From NCBI GenBank assembly GCA_973895155.1, contig OZ316895.1:556435-620434 (forward strand): a stretch of 64,000 bases of DNA, read 5' to 3'. The translations under genes were made by a program, and so were the position numbers. This DNA comes from Marsupella aquatica (taxonomy: Eukaryota > Plantae > Marchantiophyta). Below are positions 37,301-51,700 of the stretch, in pieces. The notes below the pieces were generated by a model that did not search any database, was not told where the DNA came from, and was given only the letters and a program-made list of their open reading frames with translations. The first letter of the stretch is position 1. Every line of letters begins with the position of its first letter.

Positions 37301-40300
37301 ATAATGATATGGACATTCTCCAAGCAATGAAGACCTTACCATGTATACCTCACCGAAGGCACCATGCCCAAGTTTGTTGTCTTCGTGAAAATCTCTTGTC
37401 GCTGATTTAAGGTCACTATATTGATAAAATGGAGGTTGCACTTTTTGGTCTGCCAGAGCTGCAAAGAGAAAATCACCAGGCTATTAATCTTCTCGATTGC
37501 CCATGACATCAACCTTTCAAACCAATCATTATGGCATTCAGTAGTATCAAAGCTAACACCACGAAACCGCCCACATCTTGAACTAACAAACCATACTATT
37601 GTGTTGCAATTACAGTCTCGCATGCCTGGTATGTAACTCCCCAAACTCAAACTTACCTTGTTGTATTTCTCGGAGGGCATACACTTGCTTCCAAAATTTC
37701 CATATCGTTGCGATAGCAATAATGGAGAGTACAAATGACACAACCCCAAGACATATGCCAATAATCATGATGTCCTTGTTGTGGTTACTCTTTGCTGCAC
37801 AATTCTCAAGAAAGAACAATCATATCAAAATACAAAACAAAAAGTGTAAATAAGATTTGGCAACATGTCCTACGTACCAATTATTTCAATCCGTATTATT
37901 TTGCAATATCATTCTGTCCTAGGACTCGGCCATCAGGCTTAAGATTTACAAATGGTTGCACAAGAGAGTGAAGTCCAGCATTCTTACGACTCGAATAGTC
38001 TTCACTAGTTGTAGATCTACAAAGAAATCTTTGAATGTCTGATCTGGCCCCGCTGCAATAGGGGTTCCCACCGAGCCTAAGGAGTTGCACAACCACATTC
38101 CAATCGTGAGTGGAATTTGACTAATATAACGTACACCGAAATCTCAAACCGGTGGTTTCTTTTACTTAGTTTGATTCAATACTCCAAAGCGCTCCATGTC
38201 CTCCTAGTCAATCCTAAAGTTTAGAGTCAGGCCAGTCGAAACAGAATCAAATGCCGAATACCAGATTTGTCCTGTGGGTTCAAGCACAGCAATCCCAAAA
38301 ATTATGGCCCAGTGGTGCCATTGCCGCATCCGTTCGTTGTACAGTCTATGATATGATGCAAGTTTGTCGACGACTTTGAAAGCTCTAGAGCCTACTTGCT
38401 GTATAATCCTCGATTTGTAATGATTAGTACTAGTAATGAAAGCTTTAGAGCCCGGTGTATAGTCCCCTGACTCGATCTTCGATTATTAGCTTTCAAACTG
38501 AATAATCATTACCAGGCCGGCTTCCAATTACAGGTCAGTGGATCTTATTGCATGATTACTCTCCTGACACGTATCATTGTAATGAAATCAGTCCAATAGC
38601 TTTAACATTCTTACTCACAGGATGCTTTTGTTCACATTGATTTTTTTATCTCGCAAGCTTTTGATTGTAGGTTCGAGAGCATTTGCGTTCGGGAAAATAT
38701 CCGAAATTCTGTTATTAACAAGCGAGAATAACGTCTTGCTGGCCTGAGCGCCGTTCTTTTCGAGCGCGTCCAACCATACGCTCACATCCAGTGTCCCTTG
38801 GATGGAATTTCCCTCAAAATTTCTGCGCACAAACAGAACATATAAACACCCACTTCTCAGCACACTCAAGAACTTACCAAGAGTAGAAATAAATCTCTCA
38901 GGAAGTCACTGCAGAGCAGTCAGCTGATTGAAGCAAACTAAGCTCGGTCGTATAGTTCGTGTTTCCCTTCTTAAGTACAATCTCGTAACACTTCGCCTAC
39001 ATTAATCCACTCCAATTCAACTCATGCAAGCTTCGAACTCAATTCAAAGCAGCTGTCCTAGGCATTGTTCAGGGGATTGATGGACCCAAGGTCGATTGCC
39101 AATTGGAGGGTACTTCCAATCAATTCAACACTTCTGGGAAAAATCGTAAGTAGTGTAATTATGGATAAAATGGCAACACTTACATCTTCTAATGCTCCAA
39201 CACAATATACAGCTCTCAACCTTAATTGGAAACTTTTTTGAATCAAACATTCTGCCCTGGTTAAAGACATTACGTACACCTCGTATGCTAACCTTGTAAG
39301 CCTTACTGAATGATACTTACGCAAATGTGAGATTTGAAAGAGCCTGTGAGAAGTACAAGGCACTGGGAAAAGTCCCTGTCAGACTGTTATTGGAAACGTC
39401 TCTGCAAATGGAGACAAGAACGTTAGACCCGTCAAAATCTCACCGATTAGTCTGCTCGCTATTACTTGAGCATCTACTTTTGGAGATGCGCATTTTGTAC
39501 AAAACCTGAATGCCAAATTGTCTCAATCCAAGAAAACATCAGGCCTCAATACCAAAAGGAATCTAGCATCTGTTCAGCAGCCGATAAATTAAACAGAGTG
39601 GCATTCGTCACTTCTTCAGTAACGGAGGCACGTTCTTAGAATCCAATTGTCCCATTCAAATTGCAGCCACTAACAAAAGAACCTTTCAGAAGATCGATGG
39701 CTGAGTCGATCTACGGACTTCAAACCAAAAGCAAATGTAAATCCACTAGACAATTGATTACGTTTCAAATACGAACTGCTGCAGAGACTGTAGAGCACGA
39801 CTGGAAAAAGTAACAGTTGCACGTTACTTCTATCTCTGACCACGTTGTACAGCAAATCATAGCAGTCCATGTCCATCGGCAGCGTTAGTGACACTTACAG
39901 TTCTCGTAGAGAGTTGGAATTCATCTTAACCAACAGATCTAGGGAAGAGATGTCGTCCATAAGATTGTTATGAGACAAGTCCAAGACAACCAAACCGTTC
40001 GTTGTGTTCTGCCACGTGCTTGGAAGAGAGGACATTGCATTGTGACTGAGATTCCTATTAAAACGAGGGAAACACATGTTACATCAAATTAACTGGATTA
40101 CCGCATGTACGTTAAAAATGAAAACCGGTGTCATATATTGAACACAAGTTATTGCCAGACGTCGAGGACACCTTTCAGGATTATTGACAAAGCATTAACA
40201 AGTCATTTGGAACGTAGCGTATCATTTCTGTAAAGAGCCAGGCTAGGTTTGCTGATGTAGGCAGATCGAACCAGCACTAACAATGATAACAATTACAGTA

Positions 40301-43300
40301 GGTAAGACTCACAGTTCTTGCAATGTGTTGAAGAACGGCACGTTTTCGAATGGGCTCAGCTCACCAGCAAGACGATTTTGAGACAAGTTCAAGGACACAA
40401 GATTGTTCAAGCCAGCCCAGTCACTTGCGAGTGGGACGTTCTCGATCATGTTGTTAGTGAAGTCCCTAAAAGGAGGCATAGACAGTATGAAGTCCTGTAA
40501 AATAATATCTCGGCTCCACTCAGACCTTTAATTGAGCAAGAGCACAGACATGGTCTTTGTGTGTTCAATCAACTGCAATTTCGAAAAAACTGAGTAAACT
40601 TGTAACGATCTGTTGCATCATCACCTCCGAATTGGATCAGCTGTACTAGGTGAGAGATATTCGCCTGTGTGGATGACCACATTGATACTAAGTTTCTGCA
40701 GCTATGAATTTTTTTTGGGCTTTTCCTAGATTACCAATCATGTATGAAACTTTAGGAACCATGTCAGGTTTGAGAAATAGAATTGCGTACAATACAGTTA
40801 ACGCTCCACCGGAGAAGTTATTGATGAGGAACTTAAAAGCTGACAGATCTACTGTACTTCCTGTAATGTACCTGAGAATGACGGTACAGCAAATGGAACA
40901 GTTGTGGCATGTTTCAGCACAGCAAATGGGTAGCCAGATCAAGGCAACAAGTATAAGTATGTTAGTGATGGCAAGGGATTCAATACAGATTCTAGCTAGT
41001 AGACGATACAGTCAGGGGTACATGTATCTCGACAAGAAAGAAGAGTAAACAAGGTCTATTAATAGTAAATTGAGTACCCCCCACAAACACTCAATCGAGA
41101 CTTACATGTCTTGCAACATATTGAGCATGATACACTCAATTGAGAAGAGGAGTTACGACTTACATTTCTTGCAACATATTGAGCATGATGCACTCGATCG
41201 AGAAGAGTGAGGACTTACATTTCTTCCAACATATTGAGCATGATGCCTGGTGACTTTGCAGCATTATTTTGCAAAGTGCCAAAGTCCAGGCTTGGCATGT
41301 TCGAAAACGTTCTGCATTACATATCGATCCCGGATATCGATCATGCAAGCTACTAGTTTATCAAGTTCAGATCACAATAACAGAAAACTGAAACAAGCTG
41401 AAACAGTTTGGATTGAACGAACATCACATTCAAGACCTTCGTATGGAAGTCAGCCACGAAATCGACCATTGAGTTCAATTGACGGTTCAGACAGATCAGT
41501 GAGGGTTCGGAGGCAGCGTGCAGCTTACAAAGAGGTGACGTAATATGCTCTCCGCAAAAATCCGGGTTGCACAACACATGGGTATGCGCTCGTAGAACCG
41601 CATGGTTGTCGAACCGGTGCGGCAAGGCTGATCGAGGAGTCATCGCAGGAAAGCCAGTCATGGGGAACGGGAGTACATGGATCTCCTTGCCAATCGTTCA
41701 GTGACAAGCTTTCCTTCAGAATAGTGATCGCTGCGTCTGCATACGAGAACCGAAGATCGATATAATCTGAGTCCGAGTCCTAAAGTGGCAAGTTTGCATT
41801 ATTACCTAGGTGAGCGCTAGCCAATCGGCTGGCCCTATGTTTTTCAACGCAAGCACCGGAAAGAGAAATTTCACGTACTATGACCGTCGGTGTGGAGGCT
41901 TGGACTTGCATCCGAAGTGAAAAGCTTACCGTCCGTTGGAGTTGTCGTTGAGAAATTGAAGTTATATTGGGCATAAATCTCTAAGGCGTTAATCGATACC
42001 ATCGAATCTGCCGCTGCGCTGACTGAAATGTTCAGTACACTCGAAGACAGAATGAAATTCGAGTTTACTGACATGCTTGCCTGCTTTGAGACAATGAGGT
42101 CTGGGCCACGAATCCCGTCAAGCTCAACAACCATTGTCCCTCCTGCCGAATTCGGGTTGAGTTCTTCAGCGTACAGAACAACATAAGCGTAATCTGCGGG
42201 TGTACTAATGTATAACGGCGAATCGGCGTACAGATAGAACAGCAACATGACCTGAGAACCAACCCACGCATCTTCCATGACTTTGGGCGGTACGTAGTTT
42301 GTCTCTGGTCTCGGCTTAGGGTCCGGTGGAGTTGTGGTATTCAAAATCGTTAAATCGTTGTACCAACCTGATTCGGGTGTGTGCCAAAAACGGTCATATG
42401 AATCATCAGGGTACCTGAACGCACGCCATCAAACTCAATCTTCAGGAAATTAAACGATCTCAAATTGGTTTCAAATCACTCTTGCGAATTCACGCCCGCC
42501 AGCACGTCGTAGTGAGCTGAATTTCTGTCTACGATTGTGGTATATATATCAAACGATATTGTGCCAAATTAGAAGAACCAAAAATGTACGACCTTTGTTG
42601 ACACTGGCAAATTTTCGAAGATAAACAGGACTGGTGACGACTGACTGGAAAAGTTTTACAGTCAGACACCTAGATTTCAAAAAGAACTAGAAGCACGTAC
42701 GGTACAAAGCAGGTCTGTGGGAGATGACCAATTGATCAATATATGGAGGAAATGTCAGAGTATTTAATCAATCGTGCGAATCATTAGCTTAAGTACGGGC
42801 AGTGCCGTAAATCATGGAGCATGAATAAAAATTTAATTTATGTCAATGATTTGACCGAGACGAATAGACTAGCAAGAATCTCGGCGAGCATGTAACCGTG
42901 AATGACCCCAGGGGACTTGAAATGGAACCTCCGCCTAGACCTCAATTGAATTCAGCTAAATCGAAAGACACAAAACAAGGGACGATGGCCTGAATTTGAT
43001 GGTTACCTTAGAATTGAACCAAAATCTGGTGGACCAGCGCCAATATTAGATCTGACCATGTTAGCAAGATGCTGCCTGTCACTACCTGGGTAAGAGTACA
43101 TAGAAGGGTCAAGTTCTCGCAGTACCAAGTACGAGATGAACGGTGTTCCAATAACTGGTTGTAGGCAGATATACATGACGCTCCCCGGAGAGTATAAGAT
43201 GCCGTCATAAAGCTGTCCCAACCAATATTCCGACGAATTGTCCGACGCCGAGTACGCCACAGTAAACACATTCGTAGCGTTGATATAGACAACAAACTTG

Positions 43301-44325
43301 ATCGGTCGAACCAGCGCTGGCTGCCAATCGAACCTTACGCGAATCATATACTTGGTGTTCCTCTTCGTGGGCAGCTCATAACAATATTTGTTACGGCGCT
43401 CGGGAAAGAATCTGAAGGGTGTTTTAATAGTGGTGGAAATGTTCATACTGCTGTTCCCTGTCAAAATGAGGGTACTGTCGATATCCGAGGCATAGTACAA
43501 CCCGCTCAGAGGGTCCAGGGAGCCAGGACCGCCACAATTTAGAGTCAAGAACCCTGTACGTACACACAATCAATGAAAGTAAGTAGGCAAGCCCCCAATT
43601 TTAATTTCATCTGCGCTGGTTTGGGGACATTGCAATGTCGGGATGGAATTGCTAGAATACTCCGGCAAATTGCGCACTGCGTACTGATGCATTGACCGTA
43701 GCAACTATTAGTACGTACTGATCGACCCTTGGGTATCGACTTCAGTTGAGAATGAGCTAAGTGTATTTGGTCTTTGTTGGTAATCTCAAATAGCCAGCGA
43801 AGAAATGCTGTGACCACAAAAGCGGCGCATGATTTACAAATTAAGACAGTTTGCCAATGTGTTCCTGTTGAAAATGGCGAGGACCGCCACGGGGAAGGTT
43901 ACATCAGTGACGACAGCATGAACCATGTTCGATAATAACTAAAAGCGTCGATTGTATACAAGACTAGGGCGTCATCGGCGGCGATCTCTATCACCGATTC
44001 AATGCGATCAGAGTTGCGAAATTTATTGTACAATCATTATCTGTCCCACCATTTGTTTCCCTACTCATATCTCTATCCGACCACTGAAATCCTGTTATGA
44101 AATCTTTTACACTGTAACGAATACCAATTCGTAAAGCAAAACTCAAAATGACATTGATTGAATGTTCAAAACATGAGACAAACCTGGAGGTTGCTGCTCC
44201 CCAAAAGACGTCGTCGCCAGATTCATCCACATTGTAAGGATGGATAACAGAGAGATCCTAACAAATCCTTGCATTCCGTATCCACGCATACAGCACTTCC
44301 TGCTTCCTTCAAGCGACCCAGCCAT
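34363..44325 (-). CDS. malectin-like/LRR receptor-like kinase, copy 2 (C-terminal tail truncated by frameshift)
   Basis: Same exon series: 44325-44184 (signal peptide), 43553-43007, 42414-41930, GDPC exon about 41736-41529, LRR exons 41.3-38.6 kb, TM about 37.8-37.66 kb, kinase exons 37.46-34.36 kb with HRDIKPEN and DFG; stop at 34363 instead of about 34267. Confidence 0.85.
41090..41245 (-). repeat. triplicated exon end plus splice donor (55-58 bp units)
   Basis: Three copies of ATCATGCTCAATATGTTG(C/G)AAGA(A/C)AT|GTAAGTC on the minus strand. Confidence 0.85.
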
Positions 44326-45280
44326 CGGTTCAAATTGAGATGTAGTCTATGAATCCAACCGATCGTATTCCACGAGATTCTTAAGGTCTTCTCAAAGTTC
44401 CTGAAATCGATGCCTACCAATCTGACTGAGGAACTCGGAATCCTCCCGTTTCATTTGGGAATTTCAGTCCTCCGACAGCAAGAATTTCGACGTGGACATT
44501 ATATACTTTCAGCTCAATGGTGTTCATGTAGCGTCTGTCCGCGCTTCCAAAAGACTAAATGCTTACGATGTTGCACTTTCAGGATTCGTATCAGTCTCTC
44601 CAGACGATGCCACGCTTCTCAACTACTCACCAAATTTCTAGGTGGGGACAATACTCATGCGACCCCAGGGTCATCCTCAGGAGGACTTATCGTAACAAGA
44701 TCTATTTAACCCAGTATGACTAGGCACAGGGTAACTATGCCTTTGTCCCCATAGTTATTATCCCCTTCCCCGACTACTGTAGATGTCGAGCAGCGTTTCT
44801 CGTCGTTCGTATCTCGTCGTTCGTATTGCCTATGTTGGGATCTGTCTTTCATACCTGTACATTGAACCTTTCCATTAACCTCATTGTTCCCGACGTTGTT
44901 CCCGGAAGGTCACTCTGTGGGAGTTTTCTTTTGGCTTCTCCGTAGGTCTTCTACTTCAAAGCTCGGTCAACGGTCTCCAAGGCAATGTTTCTCTGGTAAA
45001 GCTGCCAAGTATTGGTCGATCCAAAGCTACAGAGAACGCATGGCTGTAATTTGTAATTGGTGGCAGGAGTGCGAGCCCTGCGATCTGCATGAGGTAGCCA
45101 TGATTGTTGTTCCTGATTGGCTTTCGGGCAAAATAGTTCTCACGTCTACTGACAGTAGGGGAGGACCAGGCTTCGATCACGCCATCGATCTGCAACTTCC
45201 TGCGTTGGGGATTGCAAAGCCCCGTCGACAAGGTGCGTCTTTCGGCTGAATTAAACAATTCAGGCTGAATTAAACAACTA

Positions 45281-45594
45281 AACCAACTGGCACTGGTCAT
45301 TTGGCCACGGGATGAGCTTAGAACCTAAAAATCCCAGTTAAATCCCCCTCCACATGCAAGGGTTGTGGAGGGTGAGTGTGTGTGGGTGTACTGGTGGGAG
45401 TCCTGGACTGTTTCTCTTCAACCCCTAGCTAGTCCACTTTGGGTTCTGGTCCAATTCTCTCTCCCCTCCTGGTACCGGGTATGACCCCCCTTGTGGGCTA
45501 CCCTCTCTACCCTACAGAGGTGCATGCACAGGAGTTGATGTCTATCCTCTGTTGGATGGGTCAACTTTAGATATTCAAGGCAAAAATCAATAAA
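45281..45594 (+). mobile_element. tRNA-derived SINE (older copy)
   Basis: Homologous to 60568-60889; degenerate A/B boxes, A-rich tail, TSD about AATTAAACAA; empty paralogous site near 60134-60170. Confidence 0.8.
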
Positions 45595-45797
45595 AATTAA
45601 ACAATAAGTCACAAGTACACATCTGACTAATGTGTACGTGTAGCTTACCTATAGCTGGCCCATAGGACATCAATAGTTATTTTGTCTCTTCTACAACTAT
45701 AATAAGAGAACTATAACAAGGGATTGTCAAATTTCTCTCATCTTGGGGAGGGACCATTTTTATTTTTTATTTCTCACTGCCAAAATGATAGGAACGC

Positions 45798-46024
45798 CAA
45801 ACAAGGGGGGTGGAAAAGACCCCAAGAAGACCAAAGAGGCCCAACAAGTCAACCTAGAGACATGGTCCCAAAGGCAAAAGAACCCAATAAAGGGGGATGG
45901 AAGACCCCAAGAAGACCAAAGAAGCCTAACAAGTCAACCCAGAGACATGGTCCCAAAGGGGAAAGAACCCAATAAAGGGGGATAGAAAAGACCCCAAGAA
46001 GACCAAACAGGCCCAACAAGTCAA
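45798..46024. repeat. tandem repeat, ~86-bp unit x ~2.7
   Basis: Repeated AAGACCCCAAGAAGACCAAA...CAAGTCAACC(T/C)AGAGACATGGTCCCAAAGG. Confidence 0.85.
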
Positions 46025-46534
46025 AGAGTAACTCAGAAAAACCATAAGACAAAGAAGCAAACAACAACCATTGTTTGCAGTAAGATGATGTGCACTAATA
46101 TTTTAGACTCTTGCATTGGGTGAAAAAGTGCCCGTAATTTGAATAGTAGGATAAAGTATAGTACAGGTAACCGACCGTTAACATGTGCTTGCTACTGTAT
46201 AGTACACAAAATAAGCGACACAATAGCTGACATGTGCTAGCTAGAGTACACAATGCATACTTAGCCAGATCATAGATTGAGTTCCATGGAGTATTAAATG
46301 AATAGATTGACGTCACATCGGGAGTTTTGGCATTCAGCAAACAGAGTGAGTTACATGGAGTATTAAATGTGTGAATAGATTGAACTCAGATGGAGATTTT
46401 TGGCATTGAACAAATAAAGAGAAAGTAAATTGACATGAGAAAATTTTCTGGCCTTCTCCTTTCCAATTTGATGCTTTGTCTTGTCTTCCCAATTTTTTTT
46501 TCCATTTTAATTGTGTTGGAGGGAAGAAAAAGGG

Positions 46535-47034
46535 CCAGGTTTGAAGTGACGGGCAACTTGCCGAGTTTCAGGGCACGTAAACTCGGCATTTGCTGGGCAA
46601 AAATCGGCCCAAATGCTGGCCGGGCTGGGTGTGGGTCTGAGCCAGGCAGCGATAGGCCGGGACAGGCCGGGGCCGGGCCGGGATAGGCAGGGACCGGCCG
46701 GAATAGGTCGGGACAAGCCGGGGGTCGGGCCAGGAGAGGCCGGGACAGGCCGGGGACAGGTCGAGAGAGGCTGGGACACGCCGGGGACAGGCCGGGACAG
46801 GCCGGGACAGGCCGGGACAGGCCGGGACAGGCCGGGACAGGCCAGGTTTGAGGCCGGGACAGGCTGGGGTCGGGCCGGGACAGGGTCGGGGCGGGGTGTG
46901 AGCCAGCCGGAGCCGGGAGGTCATGGCCGGGCCAGGCCAGGAAGTCAAGATTGGCTGGGCCGGGACGGTCCGGGTGACAAGTTCCCGGTTGACGGACTCT
47001 AAAGCCTCTATTTGCTGGGCAAGTCCAAACCGGG
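46535..47034. mobile_element. hAT-like MITE (500 bp) with internal (GCCGGGACAG)n array
   Basis: Termini CCAGGTTTG...CAAACCGGG; 8-bp TSD AAAAAGGG (46527-46534 and 47035-47042); the terminal 65 bp is homologous to 29720-29786. Confidence 0.88.
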
Positions 47035-48787
47035 AAAAAGGGGGAGGGGGAAGGACACAGGCACTCGGGCACGAGTGGAAAGACATATAGGGCATTGGGG
47101 AGTGGAAAGACATATAGGGCATTGGGGGCGCGGGTGGTAGAGGGGGATAAGGGGCAAAAAGAGGTTAACTAAAACATTCCCTTTTCCCTTCTGCTTAAAA
47201 CCTCAATGCCGCTTGTTTTGACTTCAAACCTTTAATCATTCCTTGAAATTTCTCATTGCTTTCTTGGGTTTTGATTGTATGGGCTCAAGGTCAGTGCAGT
47301 TTATTCTAGTGACCACTAGCTCAATGCCCTACATTGCACAGAAATTGTCAAGGTGAGGCAAAGAATGATGTTAGGGCAAGGCAAACTAAGATGTCAAAGC
47401 AAATAAATTTAGATGATTGTTCGGTGAGACTAAGGTTCAAGTGCAGGATACCCCGTGACCTGCCAATCAAAGTCCACCACCACTGCGCTACACAATTATG
47501 CTGCTGTGTTTGAGTTCCCAATTACGTATTTGTCACTGACCTGCACGACGTCTTGCGACTATTCTATACCCAAGGAAACGAAGGCATGGAAGTGGCTATC
47601 TTGGGAAGTTGGTCTGAAGTCAGGCCCCACAGCGTAAAGATATATGAGCACCAAGCCGCCCTGATCGGAATGCTATAAAGTACTTCCACAATGGACGTCA
47701 GGACCTCACGTACGCCTGGCCTATTTAAGTCGGGAGTGCGTTGCGCAAACGCTTAATTATTATACTTCTATACTTAACTTAGAATTTGTTGACTGTTGAA
47801 GAAGCTACCTGACTTAGTCTTGGTTCGAACTTAGCTCTAGGTACTTAAAAGGAAAATGCATACAGTGGGTGTAGATTGTAGTTTGTGAAAAAGTGAATTT
47901 TGAGGATTTAGGATTGAGTGTTGGATATCTCAGAACCAACTTCTTTCAGTAAGAATCTTGAACTTCAGACTGAGATAATATGCATCAATTTTAATCTAAA
48001 ACAGAATTCATTCAGTCATCCAGTAAAACATTCGGGTTTATCAAAAATTCTCTAGGTTTCGTGGTGCCTCAAGTCAGGCAATGGTGCTCTGTGTAGCAGA
48101 GGCGGAACCGATGACAATGTTGCAGAGTTACTGCATTCTATGAATTTCTGACCACCGACCATCTGAAGTGCCTGGGCAAGACCTGATCTATCTTTCCAGT
48201 CCATCAAGGTCTGAAGATGCACCCGGTTACTTCCTCTGATTTATTCTATCAAGAGGTGACAGTGAAGATTCGAAAGAGAAGAATCCAAGAATGAGTATGG
48301 TTCTAGTTCTTTTGTAGTTGATGATGACTCTCAAGCTTTTTGGCATCTTCCTGGTATTTCGTGTTAGTCCGATCCTGTCTCTCAGTTTGGCCCTGTTTGT
48401 TCTTGGACTCAAAGTGTAAATAAGATTGATCAACTGTCCCAGCTGATCAACTGCACCATACCATCGATGCTGCTAACGTCAATTGAAACCAAATGCATGG
48501 ACTTTGTTTGTCTCAGTTCTTTGGAGCACTAACACCCTCCACTTTTATGGAATAATGAGAAATTAAGTCCACCTGGGCACCAAACGTTTGACGGCACGTG
48601 ATCTGAAATCTGATTACTTTCTATTGCCAAAGGACCTTGCACTATTTACGCAAATTTTGCATTGAAGGCCAAGTAAATTCTCAGATGGTACATTTCACAT
48701 TTTATAAATCCTGTGTGACAGTCTTTACATTATCATTTGATATCTACATTCTACTATTTTTGACTATGCCTCGTCAATAATGCCAAC

Positions 48788-51700
48788 CTATCGCCCAACT
48801 AAGGAACTCATTTGAAGAATACCTTTAGGACGTTGTGTGCCACTGGTGCTGCTAGAGGAAGATTCAAAACCTAATGCAAGCAAGGGTAAACCGGTAGATT
48901 CGTCTTCAACGACTGTTTGGAGAGCCGAGTACGACAATTGGCGGTCAGTGGGTCCGACGAAGTGCTTAAACTGAGACGGAGTATCCTCTGATTTTTCCAG
49001 AGAGACTTCCACATCCATATTTCCCATGAGCATGACAACTACTTGAGACATTGAAGGGCGCCTTTCTGGATCATGTTGCACGCATAGAAGACCAACATTG
49101 AGTGCCCGAAGGACTTCAGGTACTACACACTCATCTCTCAACTCAGATTGCAAGACATCCAAGAGCAACCCTTTTCTGTGCATTTGCTGAACCTGGAGAG
49201 TAAACAAAAATCATTGCAGACAATGGTGAAAGTCAGCAAAGCTTTTGTTCGAAATCAAGCGGAAAATTGTGCTGAACTCGGAACAACTATGCAACATCAG
49301 AAGAAATAAATCAATAACGAGTGAGAAACATAATTGATCCTAAGCTGCCTCCCAAGGCTATACCACCGTAGCAACGATTGCACCTATCATCAGAAGGTGC
49401 AAGCCTCAATCGTAACGAATTGCACCTATTCTTCCATGCAGAATTCAAACAAGTAAGACTCTCTTCTTTAACTGTATACTTTTCGTTTGAACACAAATCT
49501 TGGCATTTGACCAGAAGGTTCTGCAAGATCATATTACCCAATCCTTTAGAAATACTGCTTCTGCAAAAGTGTAGTCAATGCACTTTCTTCCGCTAACAAT
49601 CTCTAAAACCACAATCCCATAGCTGTAAACATCAGCTTTGTCTGAAAGTTGGCCTTGCGTAGCATACTCTGGAGAAAAGTAGCCTCTGCAACAAAATACA
49701 GCCATTAGGCTAATATCTTAGAACAAGTTGAATAATACTCAGCAATTTATGATTGAAAAGATCCCTCCAAAAACTTGCCAAGAATAGAAATTGTCATGTT
49801 TGACGCCGAGAAGTACAAAACAAAAAGTGGAGTTCTAACTTATCAAACTAAGACTCCGACCAAGGAAAAGTGGTACTTGCTTGAAGTATATATTCGGGAA
49901 ACTTACAATGTTCCAGCAATTTTTGTGTATAAGGTTTCCCTGGACTCCTCTGATAAATGCCTTGCTAGACCAAAGTCAGCTATCTTAGGCTTGAAGTTCT
50001 TATCCAGAAGAATGTTCTCTGGTTTTATGTCCCTGTGTATGATAGATGGTTGCAACTCATCATGAAGGTAGGAAAGGCCACGAGCAACTCCCACGCAAAT
50101 CTGGAAGCGTTGTGCCCAATCCAAACTCCCGTGAGGCTGAGATCCTGTACATGTCACATTAAATGTTAACAGTGAAAAAAACAGTGCGTGGTACGTATAT
50201 ATGTGTAGCAGGAATCATCAAGACTATATACATGATTAAGTTGAGTTCTAGGCATGGATTTCCATATACAAAGCTATTCAAGATATGTAAACAATTCATT
50301 CATTAATTGTACAACGCATTTTCAGTACATTCTTGCCTCAAACTTGTATATTTGTTCACTGTGCAAAGACTTTTTACCCAATCATGCATGGCACAACCTA
50401 CAGAATGAGGGATACAAATTATAGTGGTCGAGACGGTCATAATTTACCCCACAATGCTTGGGCCAAGTTCCCTTTCTCAATGTATTCAAACACAAGTATG
50501 CGTTGTTGCTCCCTGACGCAACAGCCTTTTAAATGAACCAAGTTTCTGTGCTTGATGCCTGTAATTAGCACAACCTCGTTCAAGAACTCATTCAAGACTG
50601 GTACTTTTCGAGAATTGAACAACCTCTTTACTGCAAGACCGGTCTTGTCTGGTAGAACCGCCTGCTCATTATGCACATGCCCAATAGGCAAACTCAATAG
50701 AATTAGCATCCAAGAATCAAACTAATTTGATAACGTAAGCTAAAAGAGAACTAAAATGTTTTCAATTTGAACCTGATGTCTATTTAAATTTCACCTAATA
50801 AGTGAGTAGATGTTTTATGAATGTAGTTGCCTCTTCTGTCCCAAAAAAGAAGGGGTACAGAGAGTTCAATTGCCGCATGTCATTGGGTGCTCACATTCTC
50901 AAAGGAAACATATGACGAAAGCGAGAACCTACGAACACCATGCCAATACTACACCAAGCAAGGTATAGCTAACAATGAAAGGTATGTCCTCCAGGTTCAA
51001 AGCAATGAAGAACTCACCATATATACCTCACCGAAGCCACCGTGCCCAAGTTTGTTGTCTTTGTGAAAATCTCTTGTCGCTGATTTGAGGTCACTATATT
51101 GATAAAATGGAGGTTGCACTTTTTGGTCTGCCAGAGCTGCAGAAAGAAAAACACCAGGTTACGAGAATCTCTTTGATCGATAATGAAGCTTTCCCACCAA
51201 TCATTATGGCATTCAGTAACATCAAATTAAGGTTAACACCACAAAACGGCAACGTCTTGGAGTAACAAACCATATTGTGTTGCAAGTGGTCTCTCGTGGT
51301 ATAGAACTCCCAAAACTCAATTTTACCTTGCTGTATTTCTCGGAGGACATACACTTGCTTCCAAAATTTCCACATCGTTGCGACAGTAACAATAGAGAGT
51401 AGAAATGCAACAACCCCAACACATATCCCAATAATCGTGATGTCGTTGTTGTGGTTACTCTTTGCTGCACAGTTTTGAAGGAAGAACAATCACATCAAAT
51501 TACAAAACAATAAGTGTAAAGACGATTTGGGAACATGTCTCCGGTCAATTATTCCAGATAATATTCCGTATTATTTTGCAATATCTGTCCTAGCACTCGG
51601 CGATCAGGCTTAAGAGCGAGCTTAAGAGTTACAATTGGTTTCGAAAGGAGTGAAGTCCAGCATTCTTACGACTCGAATAGTCTTCAGTAGTTTTGGATCT

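Noticed and set aside
45724-46067. Repetitive ORFs
   Set aside because: They derive from the 86-bp tandem repeat, which is not a multiple of 3.
46386-47122. Long Pro/Gly/Arg-rich ORFs (228, 184, 129 aa)
   Set aside because: Products of the stop-poor GCCGGGACAG array inside a TSD-bounded MITE.
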